Positions 20,885-33,857 of a DNA stretch of 64,000 bases are shown one piece after another. The DNA lies in the NCBI GenBank assembly GCA_963789265.1, contig CAWBKB010000001.1, forward strand, positions 160,001-224,000, given 5' to 3'. Position numbers and translations under genes: made by a program. Position 1 is the stretch's first letter, and each line of letters opens with the position of its first letter. The stretch comes from an uncultured delta proteobacterium. Lineage in GTDB: Bacteria > Desulfobacterota > Desulfomonilia > Desulfomonilales > Desulfomonilaceae. Below the pieces are notes generated by a model. It saw only the letters and a program-made list of their open reading frames with translations. It did not search any database and was not told the DNA's origin.

Positions 20885-23723
20885 TCACTGCACCTCCCCC
20901 ACCAGAATAAACGGTGCCCAATAAAACGGGTGCTTGTATCCAGCATTGCGGACATCTTCCCTCGCGGACTTGAGTGCATCCAGTTTATTTTTTCCTTCCT
21001 TCAAATGCGCAAAGAATTTTTCAACCAATAAGACGGAACCGCTCTCGGAGACTGACCATAGACTCATCAGGATTGATTTTGCACCCGCGTATTGGAACGC
21101 CCTACCCATGCTCATGACACCTTCACCGGAGAGATTATTTCCCAGACCGGTCTCACAGGCTGTCAAGGCTACGATATTGGCATTGAGCTTCATGCCCATA
21201 ACTTCGGTCATCCTGACAAACCCATCTTGATCTTTGGGCTGACCCACCAGGGTCATGGCCAACACAGGCTCTTGGATTCCAGGAATATCAGTGCCGAAGT
21301 ACCCGTGAGTCGCGAAAACAATGGAACCGTAATCGGTGAGAGGCTTATCGAATAGTATGGATTTCTTTGCTTGCATGCCGGTGAAGAGATCTGTTTTGCT
21401 CGGATTCAGTCTTTTGAGAGATTCCGCCAACTCAGTGGTCTTTGCGAGCCGAGGAAAGGTGATACCGGTTTGATCCTTGATGGACATGAGCTTCTCGGGG
21501 AGCGCCGCCAGCAGCTTCTGCTGTTTCTTTGCGGATGCGATCTTCAAACGGGCATCATCGGGCTCAAATACCGGATCGGCAATAACCAGGGTCTTGGAGC
21601 CGGGCTTCTCATTTGACCTCAGTGTCCTCGCCAAAGTCATGGCGGTGATGGACTGGTAATAGCTGATGGGATATGCGTCACCAAGATAAGTAAGTCCTTC
21701 AGGGTAGGGTCTTCCACCTTCCTCTTTCCAGGTCGGCTTACCGGAGACTACAAGGGCTTCAAACGGGAGGATGGCTAATATACCGTCTGGAATGATAACA
21801 AGAGGAGTGCCTTCGGGAACCTGCATCAGCACGGCCCCGAGAAGCTTTTTGTACAGATTCCGGCCCAACTCGGGATCGAATTCCTTGAGCTTCATTTCCT
21901 CGAACGAGTGCCGAAACTTTTTTACATCTTTCTCCAAGCCCCCGGATTTCCACTCGGTGTAAAAGGTTCTGGGCAATCTTCTTCCCTTTTATCAGTTTTA
22001 CGCCGACGCCTTCGCTGGAGACATCAAAGATGACAACGTATTCTTCGGGTTTGAGGGCTGATTCCTTCAGGGTTACCGGTCTTGGGTATTTTACTGAGGC
22101 GTACGGCTTGTACTTTTCCCAGAGCATTTGTACAAAGGTGTTCAGTTCGGCTTCAGCACCTTGAACCTGCTGATTGATATTTCCGTACGTGGCGGGAGAT
22201 TTTTCCTTGTCGGTCTTGGCCAACTGTTTCTTGAGCGCTGCAACCTTACTGACAATCTCATTTTCTTTTTGGAGCACCTGATGAGGAACACCGGAAGTGC
22301 CCTCTTTCGTTGTTAAAGCAATGTTGTCCGAGAATGCCCTTGCTCTGGTTGCCTCGCTGGAATCTATACTTCCTGCCGCCTGATTGAGTTTCATCCTCAC
22401 GTGGGTCAGTCCTTTGGCAGGTTCGGACCGTTGGAACCCGTTGATTTTGACCTCAAAGAAATTCTTTCTCTCTGCCGGTAAGAGGCTGGATCTGATCTCT
22501 TCGGTGAGTTTCATTCCTTTCTCATAATATCCTTCTGCTTTCTTGTAATCTTCTAATCCTTCATAGACTCTTCCCAGCCCGGTATATGCTGTGAAGAGTT
22601 CATCAGCATCCTTGTTCTTTTCAGCCCAGGCCAAACAGCTTTCGTAGTTTTTCTTGGCTGCTGCATAGTCGGATTTCAGAAGGTAGAGTCTGCCAAGGGA
22701 TCGGGAGTAATTTGCGGCTCTTACGTAAGGTTCCGCCTTGTCCAGCTTCCCCATGTCCAGATACAGATTGCCTATAAGCTCCTCGGACCCTCTGGTTGGA
22801 ACTCCGATTTTGGCCTGGATTGCGATTGCTTTTTGGAAACTTGCAAGCGTGTCTTCATATTTTTCCATCCGGACGTACGTTTTCCCGATGTCGTTTAAGG
22901 CAAATCCCTGACTTCTGACGTTGCCCTCCTTTCTATCGATATCCAGAGCTTTTTGATGGTATACCAGCGCCTTTTGATATTGACCCAAGTCGTCGTAAAT
23001 CGAGCCCATGCCGCTAAAGGTCCACCCTTCGGCCCGTACGTTCCCACTCTTCTCTTCAAGGACCAACGCCCTCTCATAGTATTCCAGCGCCTTTTGATAT
23101 TGACCCAAATCCGCGAAAATCTGCCCCACGTAAAACACGTCCTCCGCTTCCTCCTTAACATTGCGGAGCTTCCTCTCAACTTCTATTGCCTTTTCGTAGT
23201 ATTCCAAGGCCTTTTGATATTGCCCCGACTGCCTCTGAACTACGCCGATGCCACCCAGCGTCCATCCCTCTGCCTGCAGGTTCCGGCTCCTCTTTGACAT
23301 GACCAGCGCCTTCTCGTAGTATTCCATCGCCTCGCTATATTGACCCAACTCGACATAAGACACGCCAATGTTGTTCAGGGTAGTCGCCTCGCCCCTAGGG
23401 TTCCCAAACCTTCTATGGATATCCAGCGCCTTCTTGAAGTATTCCAGCGCAGTCTTATATTGACTCAGCTTAGAATAAATCAAGCCAATGTCGTTCAGAG
23501 CGGCTCCCTGCCACGATGACCCCACTTTCTCGAAGATTTCCAAAGCCCGCCGATATTTGGCCAGCGCCGTTTCAAGGTCCTCCCGGGAACGTGGTACGTC
23601 CCGCAATGCCCGGGCCTGGTTGTAGATGGCAATTCCTTGCTTCTCCGATTGAGCCGACCCGAGCGAGGGAAGGAGCGCAAACATCACCCATAAGACAGCG
23701 ATCAAGCCGCATATTCTTTTCAT
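20885..23723 (-). CDS. Exported TPR-CHAT protease 4 (about 6 TPR repeats; +1 frameshift near 21968)
   Basis: C-terminal two-thirds nearly identical to CHAT3; one extra T relative to the paralog. Confidence 0.9.
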
Positions 23724-23823
23724 GGACAATCCCCATATTGGAAATATTCAGAATCCTGTATTCAGCATCCAAGGTCCCCCAAAGAGGGAGCATCTATTGC
23801 TTTAGTAGCAACCTCGCCCGAAA

Positions 23824-23852
23824 AAATGACACACGCAAATCACTGTTGTATA
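23824..23852 (-). promoter_or_regulatory. Conserved promoter-like motif upstream of CHAT4 (TATACA-N17-TCATTT)
   Basis: Matches motifs at 19571 and 28138. Confidence 0.45.
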
Positions 23853-23969
23853 AAGAGAGTCTCGGCACCTATGGTATATGCTTTTTGTCATCATCTTTCA
23901 GGGCTCCCAGGCTCCAGACCGACATTGAGGGAGTGGGGGCGGCTTGACGGCAGACAAAATCCACGCGTC

Positions 23970-24485
23970 CTAGGTGGGTACAGCGTTGCTGCGCTTCCGC
24001 AGCCACGAGCGAGCAAACATTATCCCGGAAAATACAGGTGCAACTGCCCCGAATAAGCTTGCCAGGAACGAGATAACTTTCAGTCCGGTCCCCATTAATG
24101 CGTCTTCGGATGGTTTGGGCTTAACTTTCTCCAACAGATTACGGTAGGTATCCAACCGTTGTCGGAGAATCGTCTCATTGTGCTTCAGTTTTTCAAGTTC
24201 CCCATTCAGCCTTTCAATTTCCTTTTTTCTCTGCCCGGCTAATCTCGAAAATCCCTTTTCTTTTGCGGTATTGGTCTTGGCGGTATCAAGGGTCGTCTGA
24301 ACGCTGTCAATATCCTGCCGGGTATGAGCCACGACTTTGGCTAGTCTCTCCGCACGGAGAGTCATGCTTATGCGATTAACTGACGGAATGGTGAAAAAAA
24401 CCAGGCATAGAAGACCTATGCTCAGAATAATAACGAATGTAAGCGACAAAATTGGGCGTCTGGATTTTCCTGAATTCGAACTCAT
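23970..24485 (-). CDS. Hypothetical TM-coiled-coil-TM protein downstream of CHAT5
   Basis: GGAGG RBS; paralog of 49260-49793 (MSSN...RR start, KVI.FL...FG.VA..FSG.MF..SWL end). Confidence 0.75.
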   Translation of the reverse strand: MSSNSGKSRRPILSLTFVIILSIGLLCLVFFTIPSVNRISMTLRAERLAKVVAHTRQDIDSVQTTLDTAKTNTAKEKGFSRLAGQRKKEIERLNGELEKLKHNETILRQRLDTYRNLLEKVKPKPSEDALMGTGLKVISFLASLFGAVAPVFSGIMFARSWLRKRSNAVPT

Positions 24486-24704
24486 GTCTCCTCCCCATTT
24501 CCACGGATCCAATACTCTGTTGACCCGACTGTATCCAATTTCAATCCGGCGGACCTGAACAGCCGCAAACAAGCTACTGCGTATCCTCCAACTAATATGA
24601 ACAAAGCCCATTCTTGACCACGGAGACACAGAGTTCACAAACAAATCCAATATTTTTCTTTCTCAGTGTCCTCTGTGTCTCCGTGGTGAATTCTTGTCTT
24701 CCAG

Positions 24705-27700
24705 TCAGTTCACTTCGCCCACCAGGATAAAAGACGCCCAGTAAAACGGGTGCTTGTATCCAGCATTCCTTACATCCGCCCTTGCCGACTTCAGGGCATC
24801 CAGCTTGTTCTTCCCTTCCTTGAGGTGTTCAAAGAATTTTTCCGTCAACATCACGGACGCGTTTTCCGCCACGGACCAGAGACTCATCAGCACGGACTTG
24901 GCCCCCGCGAACTGGAACGCCTTGCCCATGCTCATTACGCCTTCACCGGCCAAATTATGCCCCAGGCCAGTTTCGCAGGCGGTGAGGGCCACCATGCCGG
25001 CGTTGAGTTTCATACCCATCACTTCGGACATCGTGAGAAAACAGTCCTTTTCCTTGGGTTGACCTACTAACGACATAACTATGACCGGTTCACGGATTTC
25101 AGGTATGTCGTTCCCGAAATAACCGTGGGTGGCAAAGACGATGGAACCATAATCCGTAAGCGGTTTATCGAACAGGATGGATTTCTTCGCCTGTAGGCCG
25201 GTGAAAAGAGTAGTTTTATCGGGATTCAATTTCTTGAGGTATTCCGCGAGCTCGGTGGTCTTTTCAAGTCTGGGAAAGATTAAGCCCGTCTGGTCTTTGA
25301 TTGACATGAGCTTTTCAGGCAATGCAGCCAATAATTTCTGTTGTTTCTTAGCCGCAACCGTCTTAACGCGAGGATCATCCGGGCCGAATACTGGATCGGC
25401 GAGAACCAACATCCTGCCTCCCGGCTTGCTTTGCGACCTCTCTTTGCGGACCATAGTCAAGGATGTGATGGATTCGTAATAGCTTATGGGATATACGTCG
25501 CCAAGATAAGTAAGACCATCGGGGTACGGCATGGTGTTACCTTCTTTCCATGTCGCTTTTCCCGACACGACAAGGGCTTCAAATGGAAGCGTCGCCAGAA
25601 TGCCGTCCGGGATGATTATCAGGGGAGTCCCCTCCGGAACATCAGCCAGGACCGCGGTCAACAGCCTCCTGTACAGCTTCTTGCCCAAATCGACATCAAA
25701 TTTGACTTTCGGATTGTCAGGCTCCTCGAACGGTTCACGAAACTTCTTTATGTCTCGTTCCAGGTCCTTCATTTTCCATCTTTCGGAGAGGGTCCGGTCC
25801 GGAACTTTGTCTCTGATCAGTTGTATTGCGATCTCTTGCTCGGACACTTGAAAGGTGATCACGCACTCTTCGGGCTTGAGCAGAGATTGCTGGGGCGATA
25901 CCGTTCGGGATACTTCACCCACGCGTATTTCTCGTACTTGCTACGGAGCATTTCAACGAATTTTTCCTTTTCCGCCTCCGCATCCCGGACCAATTTGCTG
26001 AGGTTGTCAAATCGCGCCGGATTCTTTTCTTTGTCGGTCTTTTGCAATTGTTTTTTCAGAGCGGCGACCCCGGTCACGACTTCATCTTCTTTTTTGAGGA
26101 CCTCATCAGGCACGCCCGCGAATCGCGATCTCTGGGATATGGCGTCCGCGAATGCTCTTGCCCGGGTGGCTTCTATCGAATCTATGGCTTGCAAGCCTTT
26201 GCCCAGCTTGCACTTCACTCGCGTCAAACCTTTGGCGGGCTCGGAACGCTGAAAGCCGCAGACCTTGACATCGAAGAAATCCTTTCTTTCAGATGGCAGG
26301 AGGCTCGATCTCATCTCTTCGGTGAGGTTCATCCCCTTTTCATAGTACTTTTCGGCTTTCTCATAGTTTCCCAATCCCTCGTAAACTTCTCCCAGGCCGG
26401 TGTAGGCTGTGAAAAGACTGTCGACATTTCCACTCTTCTGTGCCGAAGCAAGAAGCTTCTCGTAGTTCGTTTTGGCTTTACCATATTCGAGTTTCAGCAA
26501 ATGCAGTTTCCCAGAAGCCCAAATTAAATGCTTGCCTTTCAGGACCTTTGCTGCTTCGGCCAATTCCCCTTTTTCCATGTAAGTCCAGGCAATCAAAGCC
26601 TTAACGTGAAGCGGGGATGCACCAATTTTGGTCTTGATTTCAAGCGCCTTTTGGTAGCTCGTGAGCGCATCGTCATATTTCCCGTAGTCGAAGCACACTC
26701 GACCGATATTTGCAAAATTACTTGATTCACTGTTCTGATCGCCCATGGCCTTGGCCAACCTGCAAGCTTTCTCATAATTTTCCAGGGCTTTTTGGCGCTG
26801 ACCCCAGGTGTGGTAAATACTTCCCATCAAACCACAACTCCAGGCCTCCCCTTGGCTGTCGCCGATCTCCCTTTGCGTTGCCAGCGCTTTGTTACAGTAT
26901 TTTAATGCCTTTTGATACTGCCCCCCAAAAAAATAGATTGTCCCAGCGTTGTTTAAAGTTGTCGCCTCCGCTTTTCGTTCGCCAATTTTCCCGTCGATCT
27001 CAAGAGCCTTTTCGTAATTCTCCAAGGCCTTCTGATACTGCCCCCAAGCTGCGTAAACGATGGCCATGTCATTTAGCTGAATCCCTTCTTCTCTAACGCC
27101 ACCAACTCTTCGCTGAATGTCCAAGGCCCTTTTGTGGCACTCCAGGGCTTTCTTATATTGTCCCAACTGACAGTAGGCCGCACCAAGACCGCCCATAGCG
27201 CTGCCCTCACCCGCGACATTGCCTATCTTCTTATCAATCGCCAGGCCTTTTTCATAATTTTCCAAGGCCTTTTGATAATCACCCATAAACTTATAGGTCC
27301 AGCCTATGCCAACTAATACATTTCCCTGGTCTCCTATGCTCTTGAGCCGCTTGCTAATTGCAAGGGATTTTTCATAACAATCCAGAGCCTTATGGTATTG
27401 TCCCATACCTCTGTAGGTAAATGCCATTTGGCTGAGAGCCCATCCTTCCCCTCGCAGATTGGAGACCTTCCGTTGCAAGTTCAGGGCTTTCTCCTGGTAT
27501 TCCAATGCCTTTTGAAGCCGGCCCAAATACCTATAAGCGGAGCCTATGTTAGCCAGCGTCGTGGCTTGCCCTTTGAGGTTTCCGACTTTCTTGTGTAGAG
27601 CAAGGGCCTGTACATAATACTCTAGTGCCTGCCCATACCGGCTCATGCCAGAATAAACGGAGCCTACGTTAGCCAGCGTCGTGGCTTGCCCTTTGAGATT

Positions 27701-28021
27701 TCCGACTTTCTTATGTAGAACCAGGGCTTTCTCATAGTATTCCAAAGCCTGCCGATTCTGACCCAGGCTAGCATAAATTATGGCGATGTTGTTCAGCGTA
27801 CCTCCCTGCCACTTCGATCCGGTTTTGCGGAAAATCACTAAAGCCTGTTGATATTTTTGCAGCGCCTTTTGCCGGTCGTCGTTGGAACGGGCTTTAACCC
27901 TCAATTCGTTCGCCTGCTTGAAAAGGGCAATCCCTTCCTTCTGTGATTGGGCTGACCCAACGAAAGGAAAAAGAACGAACAGCATCCATAAAACAGCGAT
28001 CAAGGCGCATATTCTTTTCAT
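24705..28021 (-). CDS. Exported TPR-CHAT protease 5 (about 10 TPR repeats; frameshift near 25905)
   Basis: ORFs 25859-28153 and 24705-25922 join at KYP; FATHG and LTACETG. Confidence 0.9.
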
Positions 28022-28137
28022 GGAAAACCCCCTCCTTCTTGCAGCACTTAAGTTGGAAATGTCCTGAATTTCATGCCCGTCGGTCGGGGCCTCAAAGACC
28101 GTGGCATCAGTATGTTTTAGTAGGGAACGCGACTTGA

Positions 28138-28166
28138 AAGTGACATAACTCATTCCATATTGTCAA
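28138..28166 (-). promoter_or_regulatory. Conserved sigma70-like promoter upstream of CHAT5 (TTGACA-N17-TCACTT)
   Basis: Matches motifs at 19571 and 23824. Confidence 0.55.
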
Positions 28167-28420
28167 GAAATAAGGGCGACCAATGAGCTGTTGGGCCACC
28201 TTGTCACTATCTGAAGCTTTTTACCACTAAGGTGATCGGGGCAATTCAAGTGTCACGCGGATGTTATTCTTTCCGGGGCTCCGATGACTGCATCTCACTC
28301 ATAAGTGAGAAGCCGCGTGGACCCGAAAAATGGTCTTGACCGATTGATTGAGCCTGAAGTATCCTGGGATAATAACACAACAGTGACTTTGCCATGCTGC
28401 CGGCTGAAACAGGGGGAAAA

Positions 28421-30456
28421 ATGAAACCCGCAGCCTCTCCGAAAGAATCAACGGTTTGCACAGCCTACCCACGGCTTTTTTTCGTCCTGCTGATTCTCAT
28501 TTTCCTTTTCTACTCTCCGTGTGCAGCCGATAACCAAACTCCTAAGGCTATCCGGCGCAGTTCCCCGGCGGCCGGCGCATCTACAAAGGCTCAAAAAAGA
28601 GTCGCGCTGGTTATTGGAAATAATGAATACAAGGATGCTCCCTTACGGAATCCCGCCCATGATGCCGAGGATATTGCAAACGTCCTGCGAGGCCTGGGAT
28701 TCACAGTCTTGACAAAGATAAACGCGAATCAGAGAGAAATTGAAGACTCGGTCAGGGAATTTGTTCGGGAGATTCAAAATGGTGATGTAGCGTTATTTTA
28801 CTTCTCCGGGCATGGGGTTCAAGTTCACGGAGACAATTATTTAATTCCCGTTGGGGTTTCGATAGCCTCTGAGGCTGATGTTCGGTACAAGACTGTACCA
28901 GCGGGCTATATTCTTGCCGAAATGGACGAATCCAGGAACCGGACCAATATTTTTATCCTGGATGCGTGTCGGAATAATCCTTTCAAGAGCTTCCGATCGT
29001 TGAGCAAAGGTTTGACCATGATGGATGCCCCTGTCGGGACATTTATCGCCTATGCCACAGCCCCCGGGTCGGTGGCCGCGGACGGCACAGGCCGAAACAG
29101 CCCATACGCTGAGCATCTCATGCAGGCCATGAAGCTGAAGGGCATGAAGATCGAAGAGGTATTTAAGCAGGTGTTACGGGATGTCCGCAAAGATACAGGA
29201 GGAAAACAGGTCCCCTGGACTGCTTCATCACTGCAAGATGATTTTTGGTTCAATCCGTCAGCAAAGGCAGGCGTGCAAGAGGCTTCTCTCCCATCTTCAA
29301 CATCACCTGAAGTGACTTCGGTCCTCTCCACGAAATACAGAGAAAAAGCAGAGCGACTTGTGACTCTGCTGGTCACTCGCGGGGAAGCTGCAAGCCGGGA
29401 AGAGTTGAATCGCATGTATAAAGACCCGAAAGCAGTGAAATGGTTCCGCGAGGCAGGTGAGCAAGGCGATCCTGTGGCCCAATTAATGTTGGGTCGGATG
29501 TTCGCTCTAGGACTCGAGGTTCCTAAAGATTATGATGAGGCCGTCAAGTGGTACAGGAAAGCCGCCGAACAAGGAAATACTATGGGCCAAAGCAATCTGG
29601 GGTGGATGTGCGCGAATGGCTTCGGAGTTGCCAAAGATTATTCAGAGGCGGTGAAGTGGTATAGAAAGTCCGCCGATCAAGGAAATGCATGGGGGCAAAA
29701 CAATCTGGGGTGGATGTACGCACAAGGCAAGGGAATTGCTAAGGATTATGAAGAGGCAGTTAAGTGGTATAAGAAATCTGCCGATCAAGGAAATTCCCTG
29801 GCTCAAGGCAACTTGGGGTTTATGTACAAAAATGGTTATGGAGTAGCAAAGGACCGCACAGAAGCAATCAAGTGGTATAGAAAGGCTGCCGACCAAGGCA
29901 ATAAAAGCGCTAAGAAGGAGTTGCAGAAACTGGGCAACAGAGGGCTCTCCTTGGGGTACAGAGAGAAGGCTGAACGTGCTGGGACTTTGGTTGCCGCTAA
30001 CGGCCGAGCTGAGGAAGAGTTGATGATGTATAAGGACCCGGAAATGGTGAAATGGTTTCGCCGGGCGGGTCAGCTAGGGGATGCTGTGGCTCAGGTGTGC
30101 TTAGGCCGGATGTTTGAGCTGGGACTGGGGGTCCCCAGGGATTATCATGAGGCGGTGCAGTGGTTCAAGAAAGCCGCGTATCAAGGAAATTCCAGGGCTC
30201 AGAACAACATGGGGTTGATGTGCAGGAGCGGTACAGGGAGTTCCCAAGGATTATCATGAGGCAGTGAGGTGGTTCAAGAAAGCCGCCGAACAAGGACAAG
30301 CGAGTGCTCAAGTCAATTTGGGGTGGATGTACCAAAATGGTTATGGAGTCCACAAGGACCGTACAGAAGCCATCAAATGGTACAAAAAAGGCGGCCCATC
30401 AAGGCAATGAAGATGCCGAGAAGTTCTTGCGGAAAATGGGAGTGGCTGTCAAGTGA
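28421..30456 (+). CDS. Exported caspase-family protein with multiple SEL1 repeats (frameshifts near 30238 and 30388)
   Basis: VALVIGN, YFSGHG, LDACRNNP, QVPW; repeated AVKWYRKAAEQG...AQ.NLG.MY..G.GV. Confidence 0.88.
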
Positions 30457-30528
30457 TTGTCTGCTTGTAGCTTCGATCAACCTATACAAAAAGGTGACCG
30501 GCGTCCGTAGTTATCCGGGAGAGATAAA

Positions 30529-31263
30529 ATGAAGAGCTTGATGAACCAGAGTTGGCGATACTTAGCGGCTACTCTTGCCTTGAACCTGGCTACAGCCTTG
30601 CTCCTCTCAAATGCATCAGCGGCATCAACAGATCTGGCGCACGGACTGGCCTCCATCGGGCAACCCGGCCCCGCGGCAGTCAAGTTCACGACAAAAACGA
30701 ACAAACAGCAAGGGGGAGTTTTCCAGCCGGGCGATAATGTGATTATCTACTTGACTACCAATCAACGTGCATATTTGACCATATTGGCCATAGCATCGGA
30801 TGGGAGCGTCACAGTAGTGTTGCCGAATAAATTGATGCAGAGCTGTCTGATTCAACCGAATAAGCTTTACGCTCTGTTCGGAGAGGATTCTCCGGTGCAT
30901 CTGATAATCGGGAAAAGGCAGCGCAAAGGCAAACTGTTGCTCTACTTGAGCCCGACTCCACTTGTGCTGAATCCTCTGGAAATACCGAAGGACGACAAGT
31001 GGCTTAAAATTGCCCCGAGCGACCGCCGGAAGCTTCAGATTCTCAAAGAAAAGCTTGAATCTATAGCACAAAATGAAGGATTTAACCGAGCAACTGTTCT
31101 TTTCCACGGTAAGGCAGGCAGAAACCTGGAAATTAGGCTTACGGAAGCGGCTACCAATTTGAGCAGTGAAGCAATTCCTGTCGGCACGGAAAGTTCGATT
31201 CCCGAAACGCTTACTGGGGGCCCGGGCAGAAACTCGCCACCAAAAACCAACTCGAACGAGTAG
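30529..31263 (+). CDS. Exported DUF4384-domain protein
   Basis: FQPGDNVIIYLTTNQRAYLTILAIASDGSVTVVLPN; signal peptide. Confidence 0.75.
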   Translation: MKSLMNQSWRYLAATLALNLATALLLSNASAASTDLAHGLASIGQPGPAAVKFTTKTNKQQGGVFQPGDNVIIYLTTNQRAYLTILAIASDGSVTVVLPNKLMQSCLIQPNKLYALFGEDSPVHLIIGKRQRKGKLLLYLSPTPLVLNPLEIPKDDKWLKIAPSDRRKLQILKEKLESIAQNEGFNRATVLFHGKAGRNLEIRLTEAATNLSSEAIPVGTESSIPETLTGGPGRNSPPKTNSNE

Positions 31264-31275
31264 GGCCGGATTCCT

Positions 31276-33271
31276 GTGGCAGATCACTTTGGAGCGTTCC
31301 TCAAAAAGAATAAAACATACGCGGCTTGCGTTTGTTTTTCCGTTGTCTGGGGCTTGTTAGCTACTCTCCTTATCTTTCTGTTTCCATCTCCCTTCGAGAA
31401 TTTGAATTTTAAGATATATGACTGGCAGCTCGCGATCGATCCCGTTCGGAGTTATTCGTCGGCCATTGTTCACGTAGACATTGATGATCGGGCTGTCAAA
31501 GAATACGGCCAGTGGCCCTGGGACAGGTCACTCAGCGCTAAGATAGTTGAAAAACTTTCTGAATTCGGGGCTGGGGCAATAGCATTCGACATCTTTTACT
31601 CCGCCGCGGGAAAGAGCAAAGAAGGCAATGATGCCTTCTTTGGAGCGATCAAACGAGCGGGGAATGTTGTCTCAGCCACTGGCCTTGGTCGGCTGACCGA
31701 CATCTCCGATAAGTCCATAGAGTTGCCCCGGGATCGTTCCAAGGCGGATGCACTTTACGATAAGGGGTGGTCTTTGGCGGTTCCCGGGACCTTTCACTTG
31801 TTACGGGTTTACAAGCTGCAAGATTCTGCACTACCGCTATTGCCAATAATTCAAACGTCGAGCGGAGTCGGCCACATTGCGGCTAATCCGGACAGGGATG
31901 GCGTTTATCGAAGGGTAGCGCTTCTCGTGAGAGTGGAAGACCGCTGCATCCCCAGCTTGAGTCTTTCGACATTGATGACCTATTGGAAGCTTACCGCCGA
32001 TCACATCGTTCTCGATGATAAGAGTGCAATCGAAATCAAACGAGGCTCTCGCGTAGCGAGGATTCCTGTCGATGCCTCGAGGAATGTTGTTAGTTCATTG
32101 GGGAAAACCGTGGACTAGTTTCAAGCATTACTCGGCATATGATGTCCTGAGCGACGCGCCCGATCCACAGCGAGCGGGCCGTTATAAGGACAAAATTGTG
32201 ATCGTCGGGATCACTGCTACGGGGAATGCCGATTTTGGCACCACTCCCTTAGCTCTCAATGTTCCTCTGAGCAGAATTCATTCCCACGCATTGAACACCA
32301 TTTTGACAGGCAACTTCATTTCACACGTTTCTCCCTTTCCCTGGATCATTGTCTTTTCGATTCTTTTGGCAATCTTGTTTCCCGTGATGACTTCTCGGCT
32401 GAGCTTGACGATTGAGGCCCTGTCCGCAGGGCTGATTTGTCTGGGTGCTTTTGTGGGCGCGACCGCATGTTTTCTGCTTTGGTCCTGTGACATACCCCTG
32501 ATTGAAGCTTTTTTTGTTTTCCTCCCCGCTGCGTGCGCGTCCGTGTTGATTAGGGGAACCTCGATCGAGTGGGAAGCGGCACAAACCAAAAGGGCCCTGG
32601 AACGTTATCTGCTGCCTGAGCTTCTCGAAAGATCCTTCAGCGAGGGGATGGACCCGGACCTTTCTACAAGAAGGCGAGAAACTGACGGTGGTTTTCGTGG
32701 ACATACAGCGCTTTTCCACGCTGTCCGAGTCTGTCGAAGTAGAGTACGTCAGCCGTTTCTTGAAAGATTTCTTTCAAGGAATGACACAAGCAGTCCTAAA
32801 ACATCAGGGAAGGATCCACCAATTTATCGGAGACGGCTTCTTCGCGGTCTTCGGGGACCTCATACCACTCGAAAACCACACGGAGGCAGCATTCACGGCT
32901 GCTCTGGACATGCAAAGGGAGATGGCCGGACTGAATGCTCAATGGGCAACTTCCGGGATAGCAGAATTTGCCGCGGGACTTAGGATAAGAATCGGAATTA
33001 ATACGGGAATGGTCTTTTTGGGCGACTTGGGGTCTGACCGAAGACTCGAATACACGCTTGTGGGTTCCGCCGTGAACATAGCCAGCCGACTCCAAGCTTT
33101 GGCCCCTCCCGGCGGAATCATGTTGACTTCAGAACCAGAGCCTTGTTGAAAAAACCCAATTTGTGCCAAGGGCCTCAGTATGTAAAACTAAAAGGCTTCG
33201 AACGAGACACCGAGGTGTATCGATTTTCCCTGATGCGATACAATGTTCGGAATGATCGGTTGTATCGTTGA
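31276..33271 (+). CDS. CHASE2-domain class III (adenylate/guanylate-type) cyclase, frameshifts near 32085, 32680 and 33135; end approximate
   Basis: VDIDD...GQWPWDR, FDIF, DRDGVYRR, 3 TM helices; FVDIQRFS, FIGDG, RIGINTG, VNIASRL. Confidence 0.85.
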
Positions 33272-33348
33272 AATCCATTTCTCCGATCCTTTTATGTCTT
33301 GCCACAGACGCACAGAATTCACACAGAGACCCATCAGCCTTATGAGTT

Positions 33349-33857
33349 TTGTTTCTCCACGCTCCCACGGACCCGATTGTAGAGGGTCAAAAGGTTTTTA
33401 GAAGCCCTGAATACGGGTTCAGCATGGAATACCCAAAAGATTGGGTGAAGATAGACAAACCCAAAGGCAATTACTATGCAGTCTTTCAAGCTTCTGATCT
33501 GGCCGATGGCTTCAGAAATCGTATTCTTGTTGCTGCACATAAACCTGTCAAAGATCCTTTGGATGTGTACCTGCAAGAATTCCGCACCGGTATTAAGGAC
33601 TTACAAAAAAAGCCGGGACAAATGAAAAGAAGGGAGCCCGGATAACTGCGGAAGGAGAGTTCAAGTGCGGGGTTCCGGGAGCACACTACTTTTTTACTCA
33701 AGCCTGGGAAACGAAGCAAAAAAGATGGATGGACATAATCATAGTTTTTTATAAGGATAAGGACACTCTCTTGAGAATTTCTTGTATCTGTACATCGAAG
33801 GAAATGAAAAAAATGCACTCCACATTTAACGGAGTTCTAGCATCGGTGAAGTTCTAA
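33349..33857 (+). CDS. Hypothetical PsbP-like protein, frameshifted; start uncertain
   Basis: FRSPEYGFSMEYPKDW signature; coding-like continuation to the TAA near 33857. Confidence 0.5.
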
